Source: Antechinus flavipes | Taxonomy: Eukaryota | Reading direction: 5' to 3' | Assembly: GCF_016432865.1 (NCBI RefSeq) | Contig: NC_067404.1 | Span: 75,640,001 to 75,704,000, forward strand | Length of the DNA stretch: 64,000 nt | Shown here: in pieces, positions 10,910 to 23,499 of the stretch | Numbering within the stretch: position 1 is the stretch's first letter | Layout of the letters: each line of letters starts with the position of its first letter | Translations under genes and position numbers: made by a program | Notes under the pieces: model-generated | Seen by the model: only the letters and a program-made list of their open reading frames with translations | The model's database searches: none | Told to the model about the DNA's origin: nothing

Positions 10910-13900
10910 TTTAAAATAACTTTTTATTGATAGAACTCATGCCAGGGTAATTTTTTACAGCATTATCCCTTGCATTCACTTCTGTTCCGATTTTTCCCCT
11001 CCCTCCCTCCACCCCCTCCCCCAGATGGCAAGCAATCCTTTACATTGCACTCAAATTTTAATAAGACACAGAAGGTAGAGGGAGGAACAGGGACAGAAAG
11101 TATGAGGCAGACATTGTGGAAATGGGGGATAAGGGTGGCAGAGGAAAGGAATCATCGTGGTGAGAGGAGGGGGAAGGGGTATGAAGAATCACTCCCGTAA
11201 CCATGGATTAGAGTTGGGAATCCTTGGCAGCATGGATTCAAGTGGAGGGAGAATATTACTGAAGGGGCGGGAATTGGAGGTCTTGCTTTTGTAGTTTTGG
11301 GAGGGGAGAAACAAACTCCCTTTTGTCTGTGCCACTTTGGAGTTAGTTCATTAACAAATCCACCTCATTATCCCAGATGCTTTCCTCTGAGCGAGCTCAT
11401 ATTACCAGGCTGTGATTTGGGGTTAATATTCAATAGGTTGTAAATCATGCTCCTTTTATCTTTGAAACAGTTTGTACACAGCTTCAAGATTCCCCTTTGC
11501 AAACTTATTTCCTGCTATGGCTCCTTATAAACTTATATAGCATACTAACTAGGAAGGAAGGGGAGGTGACCAGAGAACCCAAAGTAATATACAGTTTTAA
11601 CATACCACATCTTATCCAATTGAATCCTGTCTCTTTTTTTTTATAGCTTTTTATTTACAAAACATACACATGGGTAATTTGTTCAACATTGACCTTTGCA
11701 AAATCTTCTATTCCACATTTTCCCCTCCTTCTCCCCACCCTCCCCTAGATGGCAGATAGTCCAATATATGTTAAATATGTTTAAATGTATGTTAAATGCA
11801 ATATATGTATACATATTTATACAGTTGTCTTGCTGCACAAGAAAAATCAGATCTAGAAATAAAAAAAAACTTGAGAAGGAAAACAAAAATGCAAGCAAAC
11901 AATAACAGAAAGAGTAAATATGTTATGTTGTGGTCCACACTCAGTTCCCATAGTCCTCTCTCTGGGTGTAGATAGCTCTCTTCATTACTGAACAATTGGA
12001 ACTGGTTTGAATCATCTCATTGTTGAAGAGAGCCAAGTCCATCAGCATTGATCATCGTATAGTCTTGTTGCCGTGTACAGTGATCTTCTGGTTCTGCTCA
12101 TTTCACTCAGCATCAGTTCATGTAAGTCTCTCCAGGCCTCTCTGAAATGATTCTGCTGATCGTTTCTTATAGAACAATAATATTCCATCACATTCATATA
12201 CCATAACTTATTCAACCATTCTCCAATTGATGGGCAGCCACACAGTTTCCAGTTTCTTGCCACTACAAAAAGGGTTGATACAAATATTTTTGCACATATG
12301 GGTCCCTATCCCTTCTTTAAGATCTCTTTGGGATATAAGCTCAATAGAAACACTGCTGGATCAAAGGGGATGCAAAATTTTGATAACTTTTTGAGCATAG
12401 TTCCAAATGGCTCTCCAGAATGGCTGGATCCGTTCACAGTTCCAACAGTGTATCAACGTCCCAGTTTTCCCACATCCTCGCCAACATTTGTCATTATCTT
12501 TCCCTGTCACTCTAGTCAATCTGAGAGGTGTGTGGTGGTATCTCAGAGTTGTCTTAGTTTGCATTTCTCTGCTCAATAGTGATTTAGAGCCTATTTTCAC
12601 CTTTTCATATGACTAAAAATAACTTCAATTTCTTTGTCTGAAAATTGTCTGTTCATATCCTTTGACCATTTATCAATTGGAGAATGGTTTGATTTCTTAT
12701 AAATTTGAGTCAATTCTCTATATATTTTGGAGATGAGGCCTTTATCAGAACCTTTGAATGGAAAAATGTTTTCCCATTTTATTGTTTCCCTTCTAATCTT
12801 GTCTGCATTAGTTTTGCTTGTACAAAAACTTTTTAACTTAATATAATCAAAATTATCTATTTTGTGATCAATAATGATCTCTAGTTCTTCTTTGGTCACT
12901 AATCCCTTCCTCCTCCTCATGTCTGAGAGGTAAACTATGTTCTTCTGATTTTAACTCCTGTCTTTTTAAGTTTGATCTGGTGATCTAGTCTGTTGAAGTC
13001 CTTTTGGATCTTCATTCTGTTATCCTTTCTAGATTTGTATCATCTGCAAATTGATAAGCATACCCTCTATGTCTTTTTCCAAGTTATTGGTTAAATAATG
13101 TTAAATAGCACAGAACTGTTTGACACAGCTTGTGGACATCTCATTGTGAATATTACAAACTGAAGTTACCTTCTCGCTTAAATTTGCTTTCCAGCCTAAC
13201 CTCTTCCTTTCTGTTGATAGTACCTTTTCTTGTCACTAGAGATTGAAACCTTGGGTTCATTTTTATTTATTGGTTCTCAGTAAAGCACCTCCTATGTAGA
13301 ATGTAGGATTAAAACATAGACACCCCAGCGAGAGGCACTACAATCCTACAAGGAAAACACTTTCTCCTTTTTATAACTATAACATTGTGAATATTACAAG
13401 CTGAAGTTACCTTCCCACTTAAATTTGCCTTCCAGCTTAACCTCTTCCTTTCCATTGATAGAGTTCTGGCCCATAACAATAGTACTCTTTCTTGTCATTG
13501 GAGATTGAAACCTTGGGTCCATTTTTATTTATTGGTTCTCATTGAAGCACCTCCTATGTAGGATTATAGTATCACCAAGGACAATACTTTGTCCTTTTTA
13601 TAACTATAACATTGTGAATGTTACAAGCTGAAGTTACCTTCCCACTTAAATTTGCCTTCCAGCCTAACCTCTTCCTTTCCATTGATAGAGTTCTGGCCCA
13701 CAGTAATGATACTCTTTCTTGTCATTGGAGATCGAAACCTTGGGTTCATTTTTATTTATTGGTTCTCAGTAAAGCACCTCCTGTGTAGGATTTAGCATCA
13801 CCAAGGACAACACTTTCTCCTTTCCCCTCTCCCCAGATATTTTCTCTCTTCTCTGAATTAAGCAAGTTAGACAGACACCTCCTAGCTAATCTATTTCTCC

Positions 13901-15061
13901 AATTTTTTATTACATTTTTTCAGAGTTCAAGGTACATTTCCTATAATTACCCAGATTTAATAGTTCATATGATTTCTAACCTTTTTTGTAATGTTTTAGG
14001 TACCCGAATGTAAGTCCTTAACAAGAGCAGTGCTTCCAATGAGTCAAGGTATTAACTTGATGGCTCAAAAGCCATTTTCTCCATAATGAATTCCCTCCTA
14101 ATGTACCTGAACTCTGCTCTGATATGCCCTGACACACACAAATACACACACCTCAGGTTGTTTCCTGACAAGTATCTCTGGTGCAGATCCTATCTATCTC
14201 TTCACATTAAACCTTTTTTGATGTGGGCAGATGTAAGGAGAAAATTTAGAACTAAAACATAATTGGTTAATACGATTAAAGGACTGAAATGGATCCACAG
14301 TGCCTCTTGCTGGGGTGTATATATTTTAATGATTTGCCTGTCAGACATAACTGAAATAACTGAACATCAACAATGAAAATGTCTGTATAGTAATAGATTT
14401 CCTATTTTAAGTAACTTTTCTCCTTTTTTTTCCCTCAGGATTCATTGGCTTTGCCATTTATGTATTGCTCACTTCCACTACCCTCATCTTTGTGATAGGA
14501 CCTCGATATGGCCATACTAACGTCCTGGTGTATGTTCTGATCTGCTCCTCAGTTGGTTCTATTTCTGTGTCTTGCGTTAAGGGTTTGGGCATCTCCCTGA
14601 GAGAGCTCATTTCAGGGAAGCCTGTCCTGAAGGAGCCCCTTGGTTGGGCGCTTTTGTTTTGTCTGGTGATTTGTATAAGCATTCAGGTCAACTATCTGAA
14701 CCGAGCTTTGGACATTTTCAGTACTTCGATAGTTACTCCCATCTATTATGTCCTTTTCACCACAGCTGTTATGACCTGCTCTGCCATTCTCTTTAAGGAA
14801 TGGCAACTTATGGACCTAGACAGTGTCATTGGCACGATCAGTGGTTTCCTAACCATAGTTTTTGGCATTTTCCTTCTTCATGCCTTTCGAGAAATCCCTT
14901 TTTCTCCTGATCTGATTTATTTTTCTCAGAGGTCAAGTTTGGGTAATAACCACGCTGCTCCCCAGAGGGAAAACGAAAGGCAAATTCAGCCTCTCCTAGA
15001 GGAAGATGACCTCAACAAAGAGTTCCAGAATATTGAGGCTGAAGAGGTTGAAAATCTGTGA
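5262..15061 (+). CDS. Magnesium transporter NIPA2-like (NIPA/DMT family), spliced CDS, 353 aa
   Basis: Exons 5262-5391, 6186-6242, 8227-8317, 8895-9055, 14439-15061 total 1062 nt, frame intact, all GT-AG. Protein [33 protein letters not shown]...[13 protein letters not shown]...[24 protein letters not shown]...LNIHGKIGC...[10 protein letters not shown]...GIFLLHAF matches NIPA2/NIPAL1 motifs. Strong Kozak ACAATGG. Confidence 0.95.
6186..6242 (+). CDS. NIPA2-like coding exon 2
   Basis: 57 nt, [19 protein letters not shown]; CAG|...|GTAAGT. Confidence 0.93.
7205..7350 (-). mobile_element. L2 3'-end fragment
   Basis: GAATGAATGAA...AAGCATTTACCATGTAC...GAGCTCACATTCTA is the reverse L2 tail. Confidence 0.6.
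7410..8165 (-). pseudogene. Antisense coding-like relic in NIPA intron 3 (252 codons, one internal stop); parent unknown
   Basis: ORF-track ORFs 7941-8129 and 7410-7898 share one frame, separated only by TGA at 7943-7941; the frame opens at 8165; GC-rich relative to flanks; internal repeats. Confidence 0.45.
8227..8317 (+). CDS. NIPA2-like coding exon 3
   Basis: 91 nt, (M)[29 protein letters not shown]; donor GTAAGC. Confidence 0.95.
8895..9055 (+). CDS. NIPA2-like coding exon 4
   Basis: 161 nt, [38 protein letters not shown]...KLRSP; donor GTACCA. Confidence 0.93.
10090..10790 (-). mobile_element. L3/CR1 LINE fragment, old
   Basis: Degraded CR1-type 3' ORF2/tail sequence recognised by eye; boundaries approximate. 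Confidence 0.45.
10866..10904. repeat. (TA)n microsatellite
   Basis: About 19 perfect TA units. Confidence 0.95.
11633..12955 (-). mobile_element. 5'-truncated L1 (ORF2 C-terminus and 3' UTR)
   Basis: ORF-track peptides [13 protein letters not shown]...[31 protein letters not shown] and [26 protein letters not shown] are L1 ORF2; poly-T at the left end; possible TSD TCCTGTCT at 11625 and 12956. Confidence 0.92.
13142..13823. repeat. Tandem triplication, ~230-bp unit
   Basis: Units start CATTGTGAAT(A/G)TTACAA at 13142, 13383 and 13610. Confidence 0.9.
14439..15061 (+). CDS. NIPA2-like last coding exon
   Basis: Acceptor TTTTCCCTCAG 14438; [32 protein letters not shown]...EVENL*; TGA 15059-15061. 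Confidence 0.95.
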
Positions 15062-15717
15062 ATAATCTTAGGCAGAATGCTGTCTGTATTTTTGTTTCTG
15101 TTGGGTAAGGTGGCCTTTGTACTTTTGCTTAAGATTTACCCAGACCTCTGACATCCAGCCAAACCAAATCAGATCATATTGTGGAGAGGAGCAAATTAAT
15201 CATTAACTAGTAAGCAGTGGAACAGCAAAATCTTCCCAACTGCCATGTTGTTTAGTAGTCTCATTTGCTTCCCTTGCATAATATATACTGTGATTGTAAG
15301 ACATGGTGCTAGATGTATAAGTGGATGTATATATACACCAGTGAAGTATTTGTGAAAAAAACCATCTATCCCTCATCACTAGGTCATACAGAAACCTAAA
15401 AGCATTGTTGTTTGTCTGATTTACTTGGTACTTGGTACTGGATTTACTTGAGAACTCAAGTGTTTTAAGTGTTTCATGAATTCTAGTTTACTTTTTGAAA
15501 AAATGTTTTTAAAGGTGTTTTTGTGTCACTTTTAGTGCTGAATCCTGATCATCCTGAAGTTTGTACCAAGGACTTGAGTATAATTACTAATAACTGCTGG
15601 CTGCTGCCACCTGCCTGGTAAGAGGATTTGATTCTAAAAACCACATTCAGAAATTATTACTTGTTCTTTCTCTTCCCCCCCCCCGCCCCCAAAGCTCTAA
15701 TACCTAAGATTCTAGAG

Positions 15718-15723
15718 AATAAA
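15718..15723 (+). terminator. Candidate polyA signal of the NIPA-like gene
   Basis: AATAAA about 660 nt after the stop; alternatives ATTAAA 15817 and AATAAA 16172. Confidence 0.45.
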
Positions 15724-16779
15724 GATTAATTAGCTTCCTAGTATACCTATTCCAGTCCCAGTAGACTCTCTTTTACACTTAGGAGAACTGGGTGGGCCCA
15801 CTTCCTTGTAGATAGCATTAAAGTACTTTCAGAGTCCCTTATATTGTAATGTGTGCAAGACCAAAAAGGGAAGCAACTTAAAGTTGAGGGGTTTTTTGGC
15901 TTGGCTTAAAGCAAAGAGTTCCTTTGTCCCTCACCAATTCCCTGAAGACTTCAGAATTTAGTGGCAGCCTCCACATGAGGACAAACAGCAGTTATAGGTA
16001 TTATACTTCCTGTCTGTAGATCATCTTGGAGTTTGGAGGGTTCTTTCCTGGAATCGTAGCAATGTACTGAGTCTTTGGGAGGCTCATGATGTTTGAAACA
16101 GATCACTAGAATGTAAGCTCCTTGAGAGCAGAGGACACTGGTTTTTATTTTTGTATCCATGCTTGATGCTTAATAAATGTTGATTCTTGATCAGTAATAT
16201 AGGCATGTGTTACTGTTCTTTTGGGAAAAGCTTCGAGTTGGGGGAAATTGAAAAAGGGATTTACTCCTGGCAACTTTAAGCTCAATTTCCTTTAGCTATA
16301 GATTCCTTAAACAGCCTTACAAAAAAGATAATTGAACCATCTCTTTGTCACCCATTGTCATCTAGGACATGTGATTTCATCTCACAGATCATCTGTAGCT
16401 TAATTTTGGATAGTTGCCTAAGAGAGACCGCAATGAACTGGCTTGTCCAGGGTCACACAGCCAGTATAACATGGAAGAGCCAAGGCCAGTCCTCTCTACC
16501 AATTCAGCTGCTTCATCATCTCTATTAGACAACTGTTTGTTAATCCATGATCTGTACAAAGGATAGAAGTATTGAGTTATTATATAAGGTTGAATCTAGA
16601 ACTTTTATATTTGTGAATTATGAATTATAAAAGATCATGGGGTGAGAGTAATTCCTTCATTTTACAGATGAAGCTGAGGCTGAGAAAGATGAGTCCACCG
16701 TCACACATACTAAGGGGCAGAACAGATGCACTTGCTCCTTTGATAATTCCATTTTTCTGACAGGGGAGGTAGATGGTGC

Positions 16780-17010
16780 TGCAGTGGATGGAATGGGCGG
16801 GGTGGGACTAGAGTCAAGAAGACAGCTTCCTGGGAAGAATTCAAATCCAGCCTCATGACTTAACTTTGTGACCCTAGGCAAATCACTTGGCTCTATTTGT
16901 TTGTTTCCTGGTCTGTAAAATGAGCTGGAAAAGTGGGAAAGCACTCTGGTATCTTTGCCAAGAAAACCCCAAAATGGGATCACAAGAGTCAAACATAACT
17001 GAAAATGACT
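16780..17010 (+). mobile_element. MAR1-type marsupial CORE-SINE
   Basis: GAATTCAAATCCAGCCTC...GTGACCCTAGGCAAATCAC...CTGTAAAATGAGCTGG...TTTGCCAAGAAAACCCCAAA. Confidence 0.75.
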
Positions 17011-18372
17011 GAACAAAAACATTTCTATAAGGCAAAGAAAACTTAGTGATCCAATAGCTTTGGTGACTAAACTTAGTCATAAACTAACTTCAGATTTACA
17101 CACAGAGGCTGCCTTTATTTTCTGTCGTTCTTGTTGGGCACCAAATACCAAGTAGCAGCAATGTGTAAAGCATGGCCCTGGCAAAAACAAGAACTTATTT
17201 GGCAATTCCATCATATCCACAAATCTCTGTATGTAGAACAAAAAGAAACAAAGGGGGAAAGAGGGGGCCAGACTTCAGAAAGAAGATTGATTTCAAAGCC
17301 ACATTGGGAACAGAGGCTGCTTCAGTGAATTTGACCAAAACATTGCACTTGGAATGACTTGAATGGGTGAGATTTTCTGGGGCTTAATAATGGGACCAGG
17401 TTAGTAAACCCATTTATTAAAATAAAATCCTTGTCATCTAATGCCACTCTCTCAAAATCAATACCTTTCCAAATCCTTTTAACAAACCAATCTGGCTTGA
17501 ATGGCTTTACTGGAGCATCCCCCCCACATGTGCACACTGTTTTTGTTTTATATTTACCATCCAGATTACTAAATATTCTGAAGTAATTTTCCTATTTTGT
17601 CTACCAGTTAAAGAGGAAGTTCAAATGCAATGACTTTACTTAGAAGGGAATTTTAAGATCTAGTCTAATTTCAACTCCACAAGTGAGAAAGCCAGGGGAC
17701 CAGGGATTAACTTGCTCCCGATCTCCTAGGTTCTCCGAAGAGCTGGGACTCTTATTAACTTGAAAACGAATTTCAAATCCCTCTCTTCCCACAATACCAC
17801 TAAATCCCTTTTAGCATACAGCTAAGATGTGCAAACCCTATTTGAGCATTTCTAAGCCAGAGGCCTCTTGCTTAGAAGTCTGTCTAGGGAAGAGTGAGGC
17901 TGGCAGCCATCGCTGTTCTGCTAAGCAATGTGATCATCCTAGGGAATATAGAGCAAAGTTACTATCACAGGTTTGGGGTTATTCGTACAATTTTGCCTTC
18001 TATACAGTAGCCACTCAGCAAATCCTTATTGGGTGACAATTTTTAATACTGGCAGCAGCCCATGTCCAAGTTTTGCCTGCCAAGATATCTAAAGTAGTAA
18101 AGGCTGTGATGTACTTAAAATAGCCCTGGCACTGGAAGTAAAACTTCAAGCCCCAGCTCTGCCATTCAGGATCTTTGGCCGGGTCACAATTACTTTGAGT
18201 TGTCTGATCAATGAAATGGGGAGTGTGGTAACGATCCTGTATGTTATGAAGTATGAGAAAAGTGTTTTGTAGGCTCTGAAGTACTACAAAAATGAGGACA
18301 CAAGCGTTGAAGGGTGAGAACCAAAGAAAGAAAAGTTTTTTTCCAAAATCATATCAACCTGAGGCAAAGATT

Positions 18373-18378
18373 TTTATT
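18373..18378 (-). terminator. Candidate TIMM8A polyA signal
   Basis: AATAAA on the minus strand followed by a U-rich downstream tract. Confidence 0.55.
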
Positions 18379-19211
18379 TCAGTAACCAGAAGACTTGCAG
18401 TAAATGGAACAATGAATCAATACATTAAGTATGCCCCTCTACCTGAAACAATGGCTAGCTGGGGTGGTGGCTGGTTTAAACCTTTACAACTAATGCAGGC
18501 ACATCTTTCAGTCACTTAAAACCCTGAAACTCAGGGTAAATTATTCTCATTTTGAGACTGTCAAGAGAGAGGCAAAAGTTATATTCACTAGATAAATTAA
18601 GATAGGTTGCTCTGTATCCAAAGGCCTCTAGCCTCTCAGCATTGTCTACTGGGACCTATTGTATATAGGTATTTAAAATAAGTCACAGTAAAGGAGGAAG
18701 ATGGATACCATTGGTAGTGAGGTGTATAATCTGGGCACTGTATTACAGATCTGCTCAGCCTCATTAAGTCACAAAATGGATGAGGCCTGAAACTGAAATA
18801 CCAAATGGCTGCTCCCCTCCTGTTGCTAGATCCAGAGATTCATTATCTCAACCCTACCCTCCCACAGGTTTAGAATTATCACATATAGATGAGAGAGTCT
18901 ACCTATATGGTCCCAGTTTGAATGCCTACAAAGAAGCCAATGAAACGATAACAACATAGCCCTGTGTACAGTTTGAGTAGTCTTCCATTCAAATGTCCAA
19001 AATTTTCACAAAACCGGCATTTCAAAACAACAAAACACAACCCGCAACCTCACAAAACTCTTCTTTGCTCATTTAGATGACAACTTTCCAAAAGCTGGGA
19101 TAAAAGATGTAAGTCATCTCCCCAAAGCCTTTTCTTTCACAACCATCCCATCACAGTTTTTTCTTGAACTATAAAGTTCTTTTAAACATGGAACAGAGAG
19201 TTGTGCTGACA

Positions 19212-20980
<1,769 letters not shown>

Positions 20981-20999
20981 TCACGAACGCGAAACAGCC

Positions 21000-21430
21000 A
21001 GCCGCAACAACCCACCGACCTTCACGTGCCTTCAGGGCGGAAACGGAAACAGAAACCACCGGCTCCGGGACGGCCCCGCCTCCTTCGAGTCCCCTCCCCT
21101 CCCCTTGGGTCCTGCCTCGGGCACACTGCGCCTGCGCTTCGTCTGGGCCAATAGCTGGCCCGTAAACTGTAGCGTTCCCACGAACGCCTTGCTCCTGCGC
21201 GTAGTCTGGACCAATAGCTGGGCAGTAAACTGTAGCGAGCGCAGAAGCACGCTGCGCCTGTGCGTGTCCTGGGCCAATGGCTGGGCGGCAAACTGCAACG
21301 AACGCACTGCGCCTGCGCCCGGCCTTAGCCAATGGCTGGCCGGTAAACTTTCGGGAGTCCGGTCCGAGGCGCCCAAAATGCAAACTTCCCGCGTAAGCAC
21401 TGGCTGCCTTGGCTGGGTCGGGTGGGCTCA
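21000..21430 (-). promoter_or_regulatory. TIMM8A CpG-island promoter with four tandem NRF1-like/CCAAT modules
   Basis: CpG-rich; CCAAT at 21148, 21211, 21274 and 21329, each preceded by a TGCGCCTGCGC-like motif; tandem ETS GGAAACGGAAAC near 21040. Confidence 0.8.
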
Positions 21431-22827
21431 AGGGGGCGGTCTTGGAACGTGTTAGCGGCTTCTCCGGTTTCAGCAGTCTCCGAGTACCTCAGCTTCTTAT
21501 GTGAAGTGGTGTCGGCTTAAAGTTGGCTGTATCTAAGGCTTCATCTGTGTGCAAGTCAAGAAGCCTTCTCGAAGTGCCTCCTGAGGGCCGGGGTTGTAAA
21601 GTTCACAGGGCAACATCAAGCAGGCCCTTACCTCTCACTGGGACTTAGTTTCCTTCTCTGAAATATGAGGAGGTAGGACTTTAAGGGCTCTTCCAGCTCT
21701 GTGTCTGAAGCAGGAGTTCGGAGAAGGCTATTCCTGCCTTTGGGCCTCAGTTCCTTGGAAAGTGAGGGATTTAAACTAGATGCCTTTCCAGGACCCGTCT
21801 AGCTTTTTTTGTATCATTGAGAATCCCAGAATTTGACACTGCAAGGGCCCTCGAGCCAGCTCTTAGCCTACTTTAGAAAGGCTTTCCCCCCTATGAAAGC
21901 CTACATTTACCCCCTTCTTTGTTCTGCTGCTTCTCTCTATGGACCAAGCAGAACAAGTCCGATCCCTCTTCCCCATGACAGCCAGTCACATCACGTGTGG
22001 GCAGCTAGCATGTCCATCATTCCCCTCTTAAGTTCCTTCAAACAATCTTCATGTTCCCAGAATTCAAGATTCACCATTCTGGTGTCTCCTCTGAACTCTC
22101 CCTGGCTTAAAAGTTCTTAAAAGGTGATACCCAGAGCTGAACATAATACCAAGTGTGTGATTTGAGCAAGGCAAAGGACCTCGGAACTCTAGAGCAATAA
22201 GTAGTTTTAAAGTGCTGTCTATGCCGGGCACTGGGCTAGAAAGAAAAAAATAGCCTTGCCCCAAAAGAGTTTACATTTTAATGGGGAGGCGTGTATGTGT
22301 ATATATATTTCACATGTCCCCAGGCCCATTGGTGTGGGTCACTGTCATTGGTGAAAATCAATGCCCTGCCCCTGTGTAAGGAGTAGGGAAGAACTGATGA
22401 GAGAGACCATGAGCAAGAGGCTTTTTGTCAGGTTCTTCAAGTCTCTCCAGTCTCTACTTTTGAAGTCTTTTCAAGTCTCATCAGAGTCGGCACTTCCAGC
22501 TTTCAGCTTCAAGAGAGAAGATGGAAGTTGCCAATCCCACTTCAGGCTGCTAAAGGGAAAATAAGACTCTGGGAAGAAAATGTCATACGAGGAGCCAGAA
22601 GCCTCTATCATGTCCCTATCCCCAAGTTGGTATTCTAGAAACTTCAGGGAATTCCTCTTGGGTGAGATCTGGTATCTATATGTGATTCTCACACTCAGTG
22701 GGAGAGCTCTTTTGCTTTGTATTGTTTGATATTCTCCTACGCATACCTTTTCTGATTTGTTTGGCTATTAAACCAGATAAATGGGTTCCTTTGCTATTTA
22801 CTATGTACGTGTATTGCATTTAGTGGG

Positions 22828-23281
22828 TGTAATATTCTTCTCTAAAATATAATGTTCTCTGGGAGCAGGTTTCTCTGGGGGCTTCTGGAGGCAGCCTTAG
22901 TTTCACTTCAGTAAATACCCCAAATGCAGCCAGGAGTTAAAGTCCAAATCTTTTGTTGTTTCTTTCCAAGTCTTATCTCCTTCACTTGGGGCTCGGCTAG
23001 TTTTTCTTAGAGGCCTTCTGTAGTTTTGGTTCTGAGAGCTTAAGCTGCCTTCTCTGGCTTATGAATCTCCTGGACTGAATCCTGGCGGAGGCTCCGAGCT
23101 TCTAGTGGGCTTCGGTGTCTGGCCCTGAGAGCTTCTTGTTTATATGCTGTATACTGAGTACACACCAATCATTATATCACTAGGAAACTGTTATTTGTTG
23201 TAGGATTAAATCAGTTCTAAACTAGATTTAACCACTGTCTCCTCAATTCCATTTACTTAGCACCTTGTAAAAATCCTAACA
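22828..23281 (-). mobile_element. Probable solo ERV LTR
   Basis: TG...CA termini (minus-strand start TGTTAGGATTTTTACAAGGTGCTAAG); TATAAA at 23144-23139; degenerate polyA signal near 22955; no clear TSD. Confidence 0.5.
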
Positions 23282-23499
23282 TCACCTGCTTTCTTTTGAT
23301 TTACATATCATCTTGGGTTTCTTTTTTCTCTGTTAATGGACAGCAATCAAGAGTTTAACTTGAACCTGAAAGCATTATCCCTAGACTGACATTTAAGGAA
23401 GCACCTAGATATAATTCTAGCCCAATAGCCCTTCTCTCTGGGGATGATGTAAATGGGAGATCATCTCAGAGGGAAGGCATAGCAGTGATTTGTTCTAAA

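Noticed and set aside
14960-15010. Dileucine sorting signal in the NIPA C-tail (QIQPLL)
   Set aside because: Lacks the acidic residue at the position required for [DE]xxxL[LI]
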